From Patescibacteria group bacterium (GTDB lineage: Bacteria; Patescibacteriota; UBA1384; XYA2-FULL-43-10; 1-14-0-10-43-13), in contig JBAYHC010000001.1 of the NCBI GenBank assembly GCA_041666325.1, positions 265,708-329,707 on the forward strand: a stretch of 64,000 nucleotides of DNA, written 5' to 3'. The position numbers and the translations under genes were made by a program. The notes below the pieces were generated by a model, which had not been told where the DNA came from, ran no database searches, and saw only the letters and a program-made list of their open reading frames with translations. Below, piece after piece: positions 40,558 through 50,626 of the stretch (positions within the stretch are counted from its first letter, which is position 1; each line of letters begins with the position of its first letter).

Positions 40558-41373
40558 TCAAAAATCTATTATCTCGCCTTCCTTCATTTCCCCGCTCAAT
40601 TTATCACTACCGCTGTCAGATCCTTTTAGTCCAGAACCACCGAAATACTCTGCTACATGATCTCCTGCGTCTCCTGCTTTGGTATCGGGGTGTTTTTTGC
40701 CTGTGTGGTGAAGGAGTGGTTGAACATTCGCTGAATGATCTACATAATCATGAACTCGTGGCGGCGGTTCCTCCATATGCTCATAGAATTTAGAAAGGCC
40801 GGACGAGTTCCTCACAGTCTGCCTGCAACGCTCAAGGATTTTTTCCGACTTAGTCTTCTGTGCTTCCTGTAAATCGAGTATCAGCTGAGCTAATTTATAG
40901 GGCTGGGCTACTGATTTAAAAAGAAAGTTTTCCTTATTACCGGCCGTCTGAATGTGGAGATCGCCAAAATGAATGGTCGTAGGGAAAAATCCATCGACAT
41001 GTGCGCTGACATCCTCAATCTGGCCGAGTGTAAGCTCTGATACTCTCCTTCTAAAAAAACCATTCTGTTCGATGTCGATGATACGATGATTGGTGACTAT
41101 GTCCACATCAAGATAAAAATCTATAAAACCATACAGCAACACAGCAAACATAAGCAGAATATAGCATGTAATAAAAACAATCAGGAAACTCTGTGTCATG
41201 GACGATATATCGCTTGCATAACCCTGAACCAGAAAGAGAGCAATTAAAATGGAGGCTGCAACACCGGCTGCAAAGAAAAAAAACGGCAGATAGACAAACC
41301 AGTGCTTGCGTATATAAAGGAAGACCTCTTCGTCATCCCTTTGATTTGGAAACAGTTTTCTTTTTTTGTTCAT
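40558..41373 (-). CDS. Membrane protein with bacterial PH domain
   Basis: RKHW, IVTNHRIIDIEQNGFFRR, FGDLHIQTAG. Confidence 0.8.
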   Translation of the reverse strand: MNKKRKLFPNQRDDEEVFLYIRKHWFVYLPFFFFAAGVAASILIALFLVQGYASDISSMTQSFLIVFITCYILLMFAVLLYGFIDFYLDVDIVTNHRIIDIEQNGFFRRRVSELTLGQIEDVSAHVDGFFPTTIHFGDLHIQTAGNKENFLFKSVAQPYKLAQLILDLQEAQKTKSEKILERCRQTVRNSSGLSKFYEHMEEPPPRVHDYVDHSANVQPLLHHTGKKHPDTKAGDAGDHVAEYFGGSGLKGSDSGSDKLSGEMKEGEIIDF

Positions 41374-41382
41374 TTTGATCCT

Positions 41383-41580
41383 TTAGGCAGAAAAGCTTTG
41401 AGATAAAAGCAAAACGATTGATACAACAATAACCACAATAGAGGCCAATGAGTATACTACTGCGGCAGCCTTGGTCAGATCGCCGACATAACCAAACCGA
41501 AGTAGATGGTATACTCCCATCGCACTATAGACAGCAAACGCAAAGAGGAAGACCAGGTAAAAAATCATTAGATAAGTCAT
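41383..41580 (-). CDS. Small two-TM protein
   Basis: MTYLMIFYLVF...YHLLRFGYVGD; starts just after the queH stop. Confidence 0.7.
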   Translation of the reverse strand: MTYLMIFYLVFLFAFAVYSAMGVYHLLRFGYVGDLTKAAAVVYSLASIVVIVVSIVLLLSQSFSA

Positions 41581-41584
41581 ATTA

Positions 41585-42148
41585 TTACTCCAAATAATCG
41601 CTGCAAAAGGCCGGGATCGAAAAACCGTACTTCTTGGCAACATTTCGTCCCATCCAGTAGCCCTTCCTAAAGTCCTTATAGTGGAATTCAACTCCACCGT
41701 CTTTTGACAGATGAGAACCAACGTCCCAGATTGTATTGTGATCGCGGTAAGGTGAACAAAGCATCGAGGAAGTGAAGACCTTGATGCCCAGATCCTGTGC
41801 TTGCTTCTTGGCCCTTTCCAGAATTAGATTGATTAGTATCTCTCTGCATCTGCGCTCAAATCGAACAGGGTCGCCAATAAACTTAATCGATTGTTTGTCC
41901 CGATAAGGAGCAATGAGCACTTCGTATTCAATCCTCTCGTATGCAGGAGCAATTAATTCTACTTCTTTGAGCTGAGACAAACCCCTGGCACCCTCAAGAC
42001 GTAACGTATGCTCTTGCATCGAGAAGTTAGGATTGAAGAAAAATAAAACCACCTCGCGCCCCTCCTTGTCTAGCTCCATAAGGAGATAGGCCGTACATGC
42101 AGCACAGCACGAATGGAGCAGTATTTTTTTGTCTTCTTTATCCTTCAT
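41585..42148 (-). CDS. queH: Epoxyqueuosine reductase QueH-like (divergent)
   Basis: LLHSCCAAC, FFNPN, DFRKGY; adjacent to queA. Confidence 0.75.
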   Translation of the reverse strand: MKDKEDKKILLHSCCAACTAYLLMELDKEGREVVLFFFNPNFSMQEHTLRLEGARGLSQLKEVELIAPAYERIEYEVLIAPYRDKQSIKFIGDPVRFERRCREILINLILERAKKQAQDLGIKVFTSSMLCSPYRDHNTIWDVGSHLSKDGGVEFHYKDFRKGYWMGRNVAKKYGFSIPAFCSDYLE

Positions 42149-42178
42149 AACCCTACATACTAGCACTCACTGACTAAT

Positions 42179-43198
42179 TCATAGTAATTTATTCTCCTTG
42201 TCAGGAGTATTGATACATAAATGATGATATGCAGCGGGCATTGATACTCTGCCCTGTTTTGTTCGAGAGATAAATCCCAATTGCAAAAGATAGGGCTCGA
42301 TCACATCTTCTATCGTGTCTTTGTCCTCAGCCATTGCCGCAGCAATTGTGTCTAGCCCAACCGGCCCACCTCGAAACTTATTTATTACCGTGCGAAGGTA
42401 TTCCCTGTCGCTCTGGTCCAATCCAAGATCATCGATATCAAGCTGATTTAACGCTTCCTTAGCGATATCTTCAGCAACAATACCAGAATGTTTGACTTCG
42501 GCATAGTCACGAACTCGGCGCAACAATCTATTTGCGATTCTCGGGGTACGTCTCGATCTTTTGGCAATCTCATCCACGCCACCCTTATCAACCGAAACCT
42601 TGATAATTCTAGATGATCGTCTCACGATTTTGCTTAATTCTGCATCGCCATAAAACTCCAAGCGATAAACAGCACCGAAACGATCGCGCAGAGGAGAGGA
42701 TAATAGCCCGATACGTGTCGTAGCACCAATCAGAGTAAAGCGCGGCAGCTCTAAGCGCATCGTTCTTGCCGACGGCCCCTTTCCCACAACTAAGTCAATC
42801 GCAAAATCCTCCATGGCAGGATACAAAACCTCTTCAACATGACGATTGATGCGATGAATCTCATCAACAAATAAGATGTCGCCTTCTTCCAGGTTAGTAA
42901 GAATCGATGCCAAATCTCCAGCACGCTCTATTGCGGGACCAGAGGTAATTCGAATATTTCGGCCCATCTCATTGGCGATGACATGCGCCAGAGTCGTCTT
43001 GCCCAAACCTGGGGGACCATAAAGCATAATATGCTCTATGGGATCGTTGCGTTGCTTAGCTGCCTGAATTAAGATACCCAGGTTTTCCTTGGCCTTTTCT
43101 TGACCAATGTATTCTGCTAACAACCGAGGACGAAGAGTTTCCTCGAATTCATCTTCGACATAAGATGGACTCGTTATTTTTTTGTCTATTTCAGGCAT
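42179..43198 (-). CDS. ruvB: Holliday junction helicase
   Basis: [38 protein letters not shown]. Confidence 0.98.
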   Translation of the reverse strand: MPEIDKKITSPSYVEDEFEETLRPRLLAEYIGQEKAKENLGILIQAAKQRNDPIEHIMLYGPPGLGKTTLAHVIANEMGRNIRITSGPAIERAGDLASILTNLEEGDILFVDEIHRINRHVEEVLYPAMEDFAIDLVVGKGPSARTMRLELPRFTLIGATTRIGLLSSPLRDRFGAVYRLEFYGDAELSKIVRRSSRIIKVSVDKGGVDEIAKRSRRTPRIANRLLRRVRDYAEVKHSGIVAEDIAKEALNQLDIDDLGLDQSDREYLRTVINKFRGGPVGLDTIAAAMAEDKDTIEDVIEPYLLQLGFISRTKQGRVSMPAAYHHLCINTPDKENKLL

Positions 43199-43210
43199 AA
43201 AGTTTTATCG

Positions 43211-43397
43211 TATTATTAGATTTAGATATTCACAAAATCAATGCCCACAGGGACCCTTCTGGTCGTAACAAGCTGGTGCTTTCAGCTTATTACAAGATAT
43301 AAATAGTCGTAGCATCAGTGCGCAAAAGGAGTGAAACGACTATTACAAGATACAGATAGTCACAAAATCAATGCGTAACAAGCTGGTGCTTTCAGCT
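43211..43397 (-). repeat. Hairpin-repeat array A (3 units) between ruvA and ruvB
   Basis: On +: TATTACAAGATA...TCARTGCGYAA units at 43211 (degenerate), 43288 and 43341, joined by AGCTGGTGCTTTCAGCT or GGAGTGAAACGAC. Confidence 0.85.
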
Positions 43398-43963
43398 TAC
43401 TTTGCCAGATGCTTCAGGCACCATCTAATTTTCTCTTCAGCAGTGTCAACCTCAACCGGAACCCTGGCCAAGGCCTTTGATATCTCAAACTTCTTGTACC
43501 CTAGACCAACAAGCGCTCCAACAACATCAGAGGCCTCACCGGCACTGCTAATTATTCCCGCTACATCAATATCAGACATTTTTGATTTAAGTTCCAGGAT
43601 AATTTTTGCAGCGACCTTCTGACCAATGCCTGGGATCCCGGTAAAGAAGGAAACATCCTCGGATGATATCGCCTGTAAAATTCTCTCCGGATCGCCAATT
43701 CCGATTATCGCCATTGCCGCCTTTGGTCCAACACCATTAACAGTAATGAGTTGCTCAAATATCTCCATTTCAGTAAATGTAGGGAAGCCGTAAAGATCGT
43801 CCGTGTCCTCACGTATGTGCTCGTATACAAAAAAAAATTGCTCTGATCCGACTAAATAGTCAGAGTCCTTGACTAAGCTTAGACGATAACCAACACCGCT
43901 GGTTTCAATAATAGCATAGCCAGGGCGAGAAACGATTATTTTTCCTTTGATGTAACCAATCAT
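43397..43963 (-). CDS. ruvA: Holliday junction DNA-binding subunit
   Basis: MIGYIKG, GVGY, LYGF, VNGVGPKAA, IPGIGQKVAAKIILELK. Confidence 0.96.
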   Translation of the reverse strand: MIGYIKGKIIVSRPGYAIIETSGVGYRLSLVKDSDYLVGSEQFFFVYEHIREDTDDLYGFPTFTEMEIFEQLITVNGVGPKAAMAIIGIGDPERILQAISSEDVSFFTGIPGIGQKVAAKIILELKSKMSDIDVAGIISSAGEASDVVGALVGLGYKKFEISKALARVPVEVDTAEEKIRWCLKHLAK

Positions 43964-44012
43964 ATTGTGATGAACAAATCCAAAGTTAAACGGGCCTTTG
44001 ACCGATTAATCG

Positions 44013-44206
44013 TATTATAACAAGGTATTATAGTAATTTTCCAGTGCGTAAAAGGAGTGAAGCGACTATTGCAAGATATAAAGCAATGAAGCTTAGATAC
44101 AAAGCGCAACAAAGCCAAAGGCTTTATAACAAGATACGAGGCAATGTGACAACGATACACTGCCCACAGGGACCATTTGGGTCGTTAAAAAAACGAAGTG
44201 ACTATA
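44013..44206 (-). repeat. Hairpin-repeat array B (3 units) upstream of ruvA
   Basis: Units at ~44015, 44067 and 44125 (TATWRCAAGATA...CGYWA) with GGAGTGAAGCGAC, AAAGCCAAAGGCTTT, CCCACAGGGACCATTTGGG and AACGAAGTGAC modules. Confidence 0.85.
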
Positions 44207-44256
44207 CATTAAATAGGCTCGTTTGCTAGAGCCAAAGATTTTCCAGGCAAGTTATC

Positions 44257-44904
44257 TTACCGACCCAGGCTGAGCCCGTCTATCTTAAAAAAATCTGATT
44301 GCAAAGCGTTGATTATCCCGCGAACGGCCAGGTCCTCCTTGTCGTCACCAACGAATATTGGATTTCCGTTGGGCAGTGCTCTGATTTTTTCATCAATCTT
44401 CTCCAGTGCGAACACCTTATCTCTCAAGAAAGGCTCGGCGCCACCAACGATTATTGCAGGCATGCCGCTTTCGAAGATCATACTATAATCTACGGCGCCA
44501 TCACCCGCTACCACTCCAGAAAAATCCAACTGCTTCTGTAAATAGAGTGCGGCGAGATTTTTATCGGAAAGTTGCGCGTGATCTGTGTCTTGCAGATATC
44601 TGCCATTCAACTGCCTTACATAAATTTCACTCCCCAAAGAAACAGCCATGACATCGAATTGCGGTAACGACTCGATGCCCTCCACCATTTCCCTCCTTCT
44701 GCCAGTGATGTACACAAGACCCCAACACAAATACTGAAGATAATTATATAACCGCCACATGTCATCGACTGTCTCTGGGCTATAGAATGTGTTGTCAATA
44801 TCCGTCAGAAGCACGGGAAAAGCTCTTTTTTGTTTCTTGTGCCCCTGACTCTTGTGCCAAATCACACTCTCCCTGTAAGCCTTAGGAATCATGAACTTTG
44901 TCAT
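44257..44904 (-). CDS. HAD phosphatase, sucrose-phosphatase-like
   Basis: TDIDNT (motif I), YITGR, GSEIY, K, AGDGAVD (motif IV). Confidence 0.75.
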   Translation of the reverse strand: MTKFMIPKAYRESVIWHKSQGHKKQKRAFPVLLTDIDNTFYSPETVDDMWRLYNYLQYLCWGLVYITGRRREMVEGIESLPQFDVMAVSLGSEIYVRQLNGRYLQDTDHAQLSDKNLAALYLQKQLDFSGVVAGDGAVDYSMIFESGMPAIIVGGAEPFLRDKVFALEKIDEKIRALPNGNPIFVGDDKEDLAVRGIINALQSDFFKIDGLSLGR

Positions 44905-45947
44905 CCCTGCTCTCCCAGCGCCATCTGGTAGGCCCCAAGATAGCCTGAGGCCATCGATTCAGTAGAAAACCTCATGGATACATCATCGCGACATGTCCTG
45001 CGCTCAAGTCCTTCCACATCATACATTTTTCGTAGCATCTCTTCTGGTGTCGTACAAACATATCCCGTCTCTCCATTCCGTATCACCTCGGGAGTGGATC
45101 CTCTTTTGTATGCAATAACGGGAGTACCACAAGCAAGTGCTTCGATGAAGTAGAGGCCAAAAGGCTCCTCCCACTGAATAGGAGCCAACAATGCCTTAGC
45201 GCCTCCTAACAATTTGTTCTTCACGCCATGATCAACCTCACCTATAAATTCAATCTGATTGCCGTCTATAAGCGGTGCGACTTCCCGCTCAAAGAATTTC
45301 GTATCCGCTTGGTCTACCTTTGCTGCCATAATAAGTTTCACTCCAGCTTGTTTTGCCAAATTAATAGCCTGTACTGGACCTTTCTCGGGTGACATTCGAC
45401 CCAGAAATACATAATAATCTCCAGATCTCCCCTGATAATCGAACTCCTCAACCCTTGTGCCATTATAAACGTTGGCGACGTAATTGAGTTGGGGCAAGGG
45501 CTTGCGCTGACTCTGACTAATACTTATGTACGATGCGTCGGCATACGCCCTATACAAAGACTGCTGGTGCGCCACTCCGAGAGGGCCGTGCAATGTATTA
45601 ACTACTGGCGCATCGATGAGCTTTAAGAATGGCAACAACCGCCACCCCAAGTGGTTATGAACAATGTCGAATTTCTCATCTGTCAGATATTCCAGCGCTC
45701 TTCCCAAACCGATGAATTTATTAGTATCACGCACCTTCGGGTCAACATTTAAAGGATCGGAGCGCAAAGATCTCGAAAAAACCGGTTTAATCTTTGCGCT
45801 GGTGATTGAATCACCGGTCGCTACAAGAGTGACGTCATGTCCTCTTCTTACTAACTCTTCTGTCAAAAAATGAACAACTCTCTCAGTTCCTCCATACTTT
45901 TTTGGCGGGACAGGCTCCTCAAAAGGGGCCAGCATCGCAATTTTCAT
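44901..45947 (-). CDS. GT4 glycosyltransferase
   Basis: VPPKKYGGTERVV, GRMSPEKG, WEEPFGL..IEALACGTPV. Confidence 0.93.
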   Translation of the reverse strand: MKIAMLAPFEEPVPPKKYGGTERVVHFLTEELVRRGHDVTLVATGDSITSAKIKPVFSRSLRSDPLNVDPKVRDTNKFIGLGRALEYLTDEKFDIVHNHLGWRLLPFLKLIDAPVVNTLHGPLGVAHQQSLYRAYADASYISISQSQRKPLPQLNYVANVYNGTRVEEFDYQGRSGDYYVFLGRMSPEKGPVQAINLAKQAGVKLIMAAKVDQADTKFFEREVAPLIDGNQIEFIGEVDHGVKNKLLGGAKALLAPIQWEEPFGLYFIEALACGTPVIAYKRGSTPEVIRNGETGYVCTTPEEMLRKMYDVEGLERRTCRDDVSMRFSTESMASGYLGAYQMALGEQG

Positions 45948-47191
45948 AGCATCTCCTTCCTGTTGGTAAATTCCTCAAAGAACTCGGCATACTCACGAGA
46001 GATCTTTTCCCAGTTAAAGTGACGATTAATTCGAGACAGACATGCAAGCGAATAGTGTCCTCTGGCCTTGGCAAGAACTAGTTTTAGCTTCTCTGCAAGA
46101 TCGATGTGATTTCGAGGCTCCGCCAGATGCCCAGTAACACCGTCCCTAATAGTGAACTGAAGACCGCCGGTACGAGAAGCAACCACCGGCGTACCGCAAG
46201 CCATAGATTCTAGCGGAACAATACCAAAAGGCTCGTAATACGAGGGGACCACAACCACATCTGCAGCATTGTAGTAGCGAAAGAGTTGCTTTTGACTAAC
46301 CGGACCGACATAGACTACTTGCCCCTGTATGTTCAGCTCGGAAATTAGTTTTGATTGCCTTTCAAGCTCTTCCGCTTCGAGCATTTTTGCTGACTGGTTT
46401 GTGCTTCCGCCAACGACATATAGTTTACTGCTGGGATATTCTTTTTGCGCCAGAGCGAATGAACGCAATAGCGTTCCAATTCCCTTGCGCCATTCGAGCC
46501 GACCGACATAGAGAATATTTTTCTCGTCAGGCGACATCAATAACTTCGATTTAGGAGAAAAGGTAGTTGGTCGAAAAATCCTCGTATCAACTCCGATTGG
46601 TATGACCTTAATCTTCTCCTCGGCGACCTTAAAAATATCCATTATTGTAGCTTTTTCGACCGGGCTCGTTCCAATAATCCTGTCAACACTGCCAGTGATT
46701 GCAGCTTCTGATTTTAACCTCTCGGCAAACAAATCTGGGTTTGGGATTTGGTCAAACCGCTGAAATGTTTGAAGTCTAACCTGCCCGATCGAATGGAAAA
46801 CAAAAAAGTGGGGAAGATTAAGCCTTTTGCTTATCTCCATTCCCACTAAACCCGAGAGCCAGTAGTTAGAGTGAACTAAATCGTATTGTGTTTCTTCCTG
46901 CTCAATTCTTCTGAGTATATTCGCCGTGAATTCGGGAAGAAGAGATATAAACTCTTCCTTTGGCACATACCGCCTTGGTCCTGCTTTAACCCTTATCACG
47001 CGTATGTGATGATTAACCTTGGCTACTTCGATTTTATTAAGTCGATCCCACCTGGTAAAGATATCTACGAATATCCCAAGCCGCCCCAAGTACCGCGCCA
47101 GATAGTAGACGTAGATATTTTGCCCTCCAGCCTCTTTTGAGCCGATCTCCGCCAGCGGGTCGGAGTGATCGGAGATTAGTAATATTCTCAT
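45944..47191 (-). CDS. GT4 glycosyltransferase (MshA / sucrose-phosphate-synthase-like)
   Basis: DPLA.IGSKEAGGQNIYV, HSNYWLSG, FHSIG, YEPFGIVPLESMACG; start MRILLISDH. Confidence 0.9.
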   Translation of the reverse strand: MRILLISDHSDPLAEIGSKEAGGQNIYVYYLARYLGRLGIFVDIFTRWDRLNKIEVAKVNHHIRVIRVKAGPRRYVPKEEFISLLPEFTANILRRIEQEETQYDLVHSNYWLSGLVGMEISKRLNLPHFFVFHSIGQVRLQTFQRFDQIPNPDLFAERLKSEAAITGSVDRIIGTSPVEKATIMDIFKVAEEKIKVIPIGVDTRIFRPTTFSPKSKLLMSPDEKNILYVGRLEWRKGIGTLLRSFALAQKEYPSSKLYVVGGSTNQSAKMLEAEELERQSKLISELNIQGQVVYVGPVSQKQLFRYYNAADVVVVPSYYEPFGIVPLESMACGTPVVASRTGGLQFTIRDGVTGHLAEPRNHIDLAEKLKLVLAKARGHYSLACLSRINRHFNWEKISREYAEFFEEFTNRKEML

Positions 47192-47286
47192 GGTGTGCCG
47201 ACTGCGGCACACCACCTTAACACAGCGGCAAGAACGTGGCAATCAGATTTTTGTCACACACAAAAATTACCCAAATTAGAACTATT

Positions 47287-47351
47287 TATTACAAGACACA
47301 AAGCAATGAAGTACGATACGGGTCGTAAAAGGAGTGAAACGACTATTACAA
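47287..47351 (-). repeat. Hairpin-repeat locus C (1 unit plus start of a second)
   Basis: TATTACAAGACACAAAGCAATGAAGTACGATACGGGTCGTAAAA-GGAGTGAAACGAC-TATTACAA. Confidence 0.8.
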
Positions 47352-47360
47352 AACTAGTAT

Positions 47361-48314
47361 TTAGCCGACAAGCGATGAATATGATTGACCGGCTCGCCTT
47401 AGATATTCTATCCATTGGTGCTTCTCAGCAGATAGAACCTTGTGCCAACCATTGCCGACAACGAGTCGTATCAGGCTTGCCCGAAAACACTCCTCGTCAT
47501 CCTTGGTTTTTATCCCCAGGCCAACCAGTTCCTTCTGCCAAACTGGATAGCGATAAAGATAGAGCCAAAGCTGGGCGATATCCATCATAAAATTGTCGAA
47601 TGTAAACCACTCGAAATCAGTCAGAACAAGAGATGAATCTTCTTTGATAATAATATTTGTTGGAACCAAATCACCGGTAATCACGCTCAATCTCTCACGA
47701 CTAAAGTATGTCTCAGAATAGGAATTATAGAAATCTAATTGTGGCTGGAGAGAAAAACCGATTTCTGATTCAATCATTTTGATATCATAAGTAGACAGAT
47801 CTCTGGGAAATTGAGGTCGCAAAAACTCATTAGAAAAATCAACACCCTTTGCCTCCGGATCATGCTCTCGAATCGAATCCAAGAAGCTTATTGTATCACC
47901 CAAAATCTGAACGTAGTCCCCAAGAAACTTATCCTTAATCAGACTATATTCGTAAACAAGGGGGCGTCCGGGCGTTTGGGAATATTGCGCGAGAGTCTCT
48001 CCAGGACAGTAGCTTCGAAGGACCCAGAAAAAATCACCAGACTCCCCCGAGCCAATTACTGCTGGAATTTTGGAAAACAACTCATTTCCAGAGGGGAAAA
48101 GCTTTTTCATTGCGTCAAAAGAGGCTATTTCCCTACGAAATTTGTAAAGAGTCCATGTGTCGGATTTGGCGGTAATCTTTAGGAATACTTTCTCTGATCC
48201 AATCAAGCCCTGGGCGAGAAACCGGCCGCCAGTCTGGTCATCATCAAGAAATACCTTTTCAATAATCAGGCTAAGCTTGTCGCATATATCTTGATAACCG
48301 GTTTTTATTGGCAT
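47361..48314 (-). CDS. APH/choline-kinase-like phosphotransferase
   Basis: VFLK, TGDLVPTNII, LTDFEW, DIA. Confidence 0.75.
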   Translation of the reverse strand: MPIKTGYQDICDKLSLIIEKVFLDDDQTGGRFLAQGLIGSEKVFLKITAKSDTWTLYKFRREIASFDAMKKLFPSGNELFSKIPAVIGSGESGDFFWVLRSYCPGETLAQYSQTPGRPLVYEYSLIKDKFLGDYVQILGDTISFLDSIREHDPEAKGVDFSNEFLRPQFPRDLSTYDIKMIESEIGFSLQPQLDFYNSYSETYFSRERLSVITGDLVPTNIIIKEDSSLVLTDFEWFTFDNFMMDIAQLWLYLYRYPVWQKELVGLGIKTKDDEECFRASLIRLVVGNGWHKVLSAEKHQWIEYLRRAGQSYSSLVG

Positions 48315-48328
48315 AATAAATTAAGTGA

Positions 48329-50503
48329 TTAGCTTTTAAACGATAGATAAGCAAGGAGATAAGTCACGATTGATTCAGCACCCTGATTCTGATTTACTCC
48401 ACGCCGCGTTACAGCGTCGAATACTCCGCGAGAAACATTGTCGTACACAATTGCGCCATTGATGTTGTTGCCAAAATACCACCCCATCCACTCGTGCGCT
48501 CTCTCCTTGTATTTCTTTTCGCTGGTCAAACGATAAAACTCATTATACATCAAGGCCATATCTCCAGCCTCGATTGATTGCTGGTCAAATATCGCTTTGC
48601 GCTGATTTTGGACATACCAACCATCCTGACCAATCGGAAGGGGGATCCCTTTGTAATGGCAGTTTTCACGCAAGAAATTGGCCGAGTCAATCGCAATCTT
48701 TAAATATTCTTTGTTGCCAATAATACCATAAGCCTTAGCAAGAGCATAAGGCACAATTCCGTTGGCGTATGTTAACGCCCCCTCAAACCATCGCCATTTC
48801 CCACTATCAGAGTTTTCTTTATACCTCTCAACTAATATGCCGGACAAGCGTTCGACTTCCTTTTTATTGCCAAGATAGCAATAACCGAGCAAATTATAAG
48901 CAATTGATTTTACAAAACCACATGTAATGTTTTTCTCATAAATTGGCAGAAGTTTTTTTGCCTCGCTTGTTATGACGGGATCTATTCCAGCAACAGAGGC
49001 GACATAAGACAGCGCCCAGAATGCTCTGGCTACTGAATCATCAGACGCAACAGAATCAACAAAATTTCTGTCCTTATCAAGAAAGTTGTGTATCAGACCA
49101 TTTGAATCGACAGCCTTGTGGAGGTAATTAAGATAGATCTTAGCTAGGACTTCCGCCTCTTCATTTCTAGTGCTTGATAGAAAATTGGCCGTCACGATCA
49201 GTGCTCGGGCCTGATCATCGAGACTATAACCAAAATCATAATTTGGCGCAGTGAGAACACAGTGCTGAACGATGCCGAACTCATCAGTTAGGTTTCTCAG
49301 ATATTTCAATGATGGCTTGTCTGCAAAATTTGGCATACGCTGCTTCCAGCGGTCCTTTTTTATAAAAAGATTAGACTCTAAAACTTTTAAATACTCAAGA
49401 CCAACCTTCGGCCAAATCATATCGCGGGCAAACTGGTAGCCCTTCAGGCACATCTTCTCGAAATTCGGTGACGATAGCAGTTTGTTTATCTCAGACGATA
49501 TTAGCTCCGGCTCCGGCAGAGTGATAATTCCCCTCCCCTTGGACAGAACCTCATTAGCATAGTTTGTTGGGGACGAAATTGCAGCACAGCCACAACCCAA
49601 AGCGTAGGAAAGAGTGCCGGAAAAAGCCTGCTTAAAATCAACCTGCGGAGCAAGATATATATCTGTTGCCTTTAGATAGTCGACAAGCTCACTATAGTCC
49701 AGATACTTGTTCACAAATTTTACATTGTCGCTAACGCCCTTCGTCTTGGCAAGATCAAGTAAACTGTTCCTGTAACTCTCACCCTCTCTCTTGAGGATAT
49801 TTGGATGCGTCGCACCGATTATCAGATAAGTGGTCTTGGGATATTGAGCTACAACCTTAGGCAGAGCTTCGATCGCATTTTCAATTCCTTTACCGCGATT
49901 AATTAAACCAAAAGTTGAGAGAACGGTTTGACCCTTCAGCCCAAGTCCTGCTTTTGCCTTTTCGCGCTCATCGAAGCGAACATTAGGTACGCCATGAGGA
50001 ACGATTTGAATTTTCTTGGAATCAACCCTGAACGTCTCGGTTAAAATCTTCTTGGCACTGTGGGTCATGACCACAACTGAGTCAGATAAATCCAGTATTC
50101 TCTGGGTTAACTTATAGCGATGCTCGCTATGCTCGCGCAGGACAGAGTGCAAGCTGGTAACAACCGGCTTGTTGAGGTTCTCCAATAAGCCTAAAACAAA
50201 CTTGCCGTCTTCACCACCATATATGCCGTACTCATGCTGAATGCTCACAACCTCAATTGAGCTATTGTTGAGAAATTCTGCTGCTTTGACGTATGATTGC
50301 TCGTTGTATTGATCGATCTCAAAAATTATCCTGCTAGAATATTTATATTTGCCCTTCTCGTCGCTTACGGCCACAATCTTCGTTTGGTTTCTAACATACA
50401 TTTCATCAAAAATCCTAACGAATGACTTGGTAAATGTGGCAATCCCACACTCGCGTGGAGGATAAGTTGAGATAAAGGCAATTTTAATCTTTGATTTGTC
50501 CAT
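48329..50503 (-). CDS. GT4 glycosyltransferase fused to a C-terminal glycosidase-like helical domain
   Basis: STYPPRECGIATFT, QHEYGIYGG, SGTLSYA; C-terminal GYSLDDQARAL, FDQQSIE, NQGAES. Confidence 0.88.
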   Translation of the reverse strand: MDKSKIKIAFISTYPPRECGIATFTKSFVRIFDEMYVRNQTKIVAVSDEKGKYKYSSRIIFEIDQYNEQSYVKAAEFLNNSSIEVVSIQHEYGIYGGEDGKFVLGLLENLNKPVVTSLHSVLREHSEHRYKLTQRILDLSDSVVVMTHSAKKILTETFRVDSKKIQIVPHGVPNVRFDEREKAKAGLGLKGQTVLSTFGLINRGKGIENAIEALPKVVAQYPKTTYLIIGATHPNILKREGESYRNSLLDLAKTKGVSDNVKFVNKYLDYSELVDYLKATDIYLAPQVDFKQAFSGTLSYALGCGCAAISSPTNYANEVLSKGRGIITLPEPELISSEINKLLSSPNFEKMCLKGYQFARDMIWPKVGLEYLKVLESNLFIKKDRWKQRMPNFADKPSLKYLRNLTDEFGIVQHCVLTAPNYDFGYSLDDQARALIVTANFLSSTRNEEAEVLAKIYLNYLHKAVDSNGLIHNFLDKDRNFVDSVASDDSVARAFWALSYVASVAGIDPVITSEAKKLLPIYEKNITCGFVKSIAYNLLGYCYLGNKKEVERLSGILVERYKENSDSGKWRWFEGALTYANGIVPYALAKAYGIIGNKEYLKIAIDSANFLRENCHYKGIPLPIGQDGWYVQNQRKAIFDQQSIEAGDMALMYNEFYRLTSEKKYKERAHEWMGWYFGNNINGAIVYDNVSRGVFDAVTRRGVNQNQGAESIVTYLLAYLSFKS

Positions 50504-50585
50504 CGAGCTCCGTCCTTTCAAAAAAACAGCTTATGCCGGTTACCACACAATTTATTCCCAAGCATAAGCAAAATTATATGAACAT

Positions 50586-50614
50586 ACCATAACCGCAAAA
50601 GCGCCATTTGTCAA
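50586..50614 (-). promoter_or_regulatory. Sigma70-type promoter for the GT4 fusion gene
   Basis: TTGACA-N17-TATGGT on the minus strand. Confidence 0.6.
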
Positions 50615-50626
50615 TGCTAAAAGACG

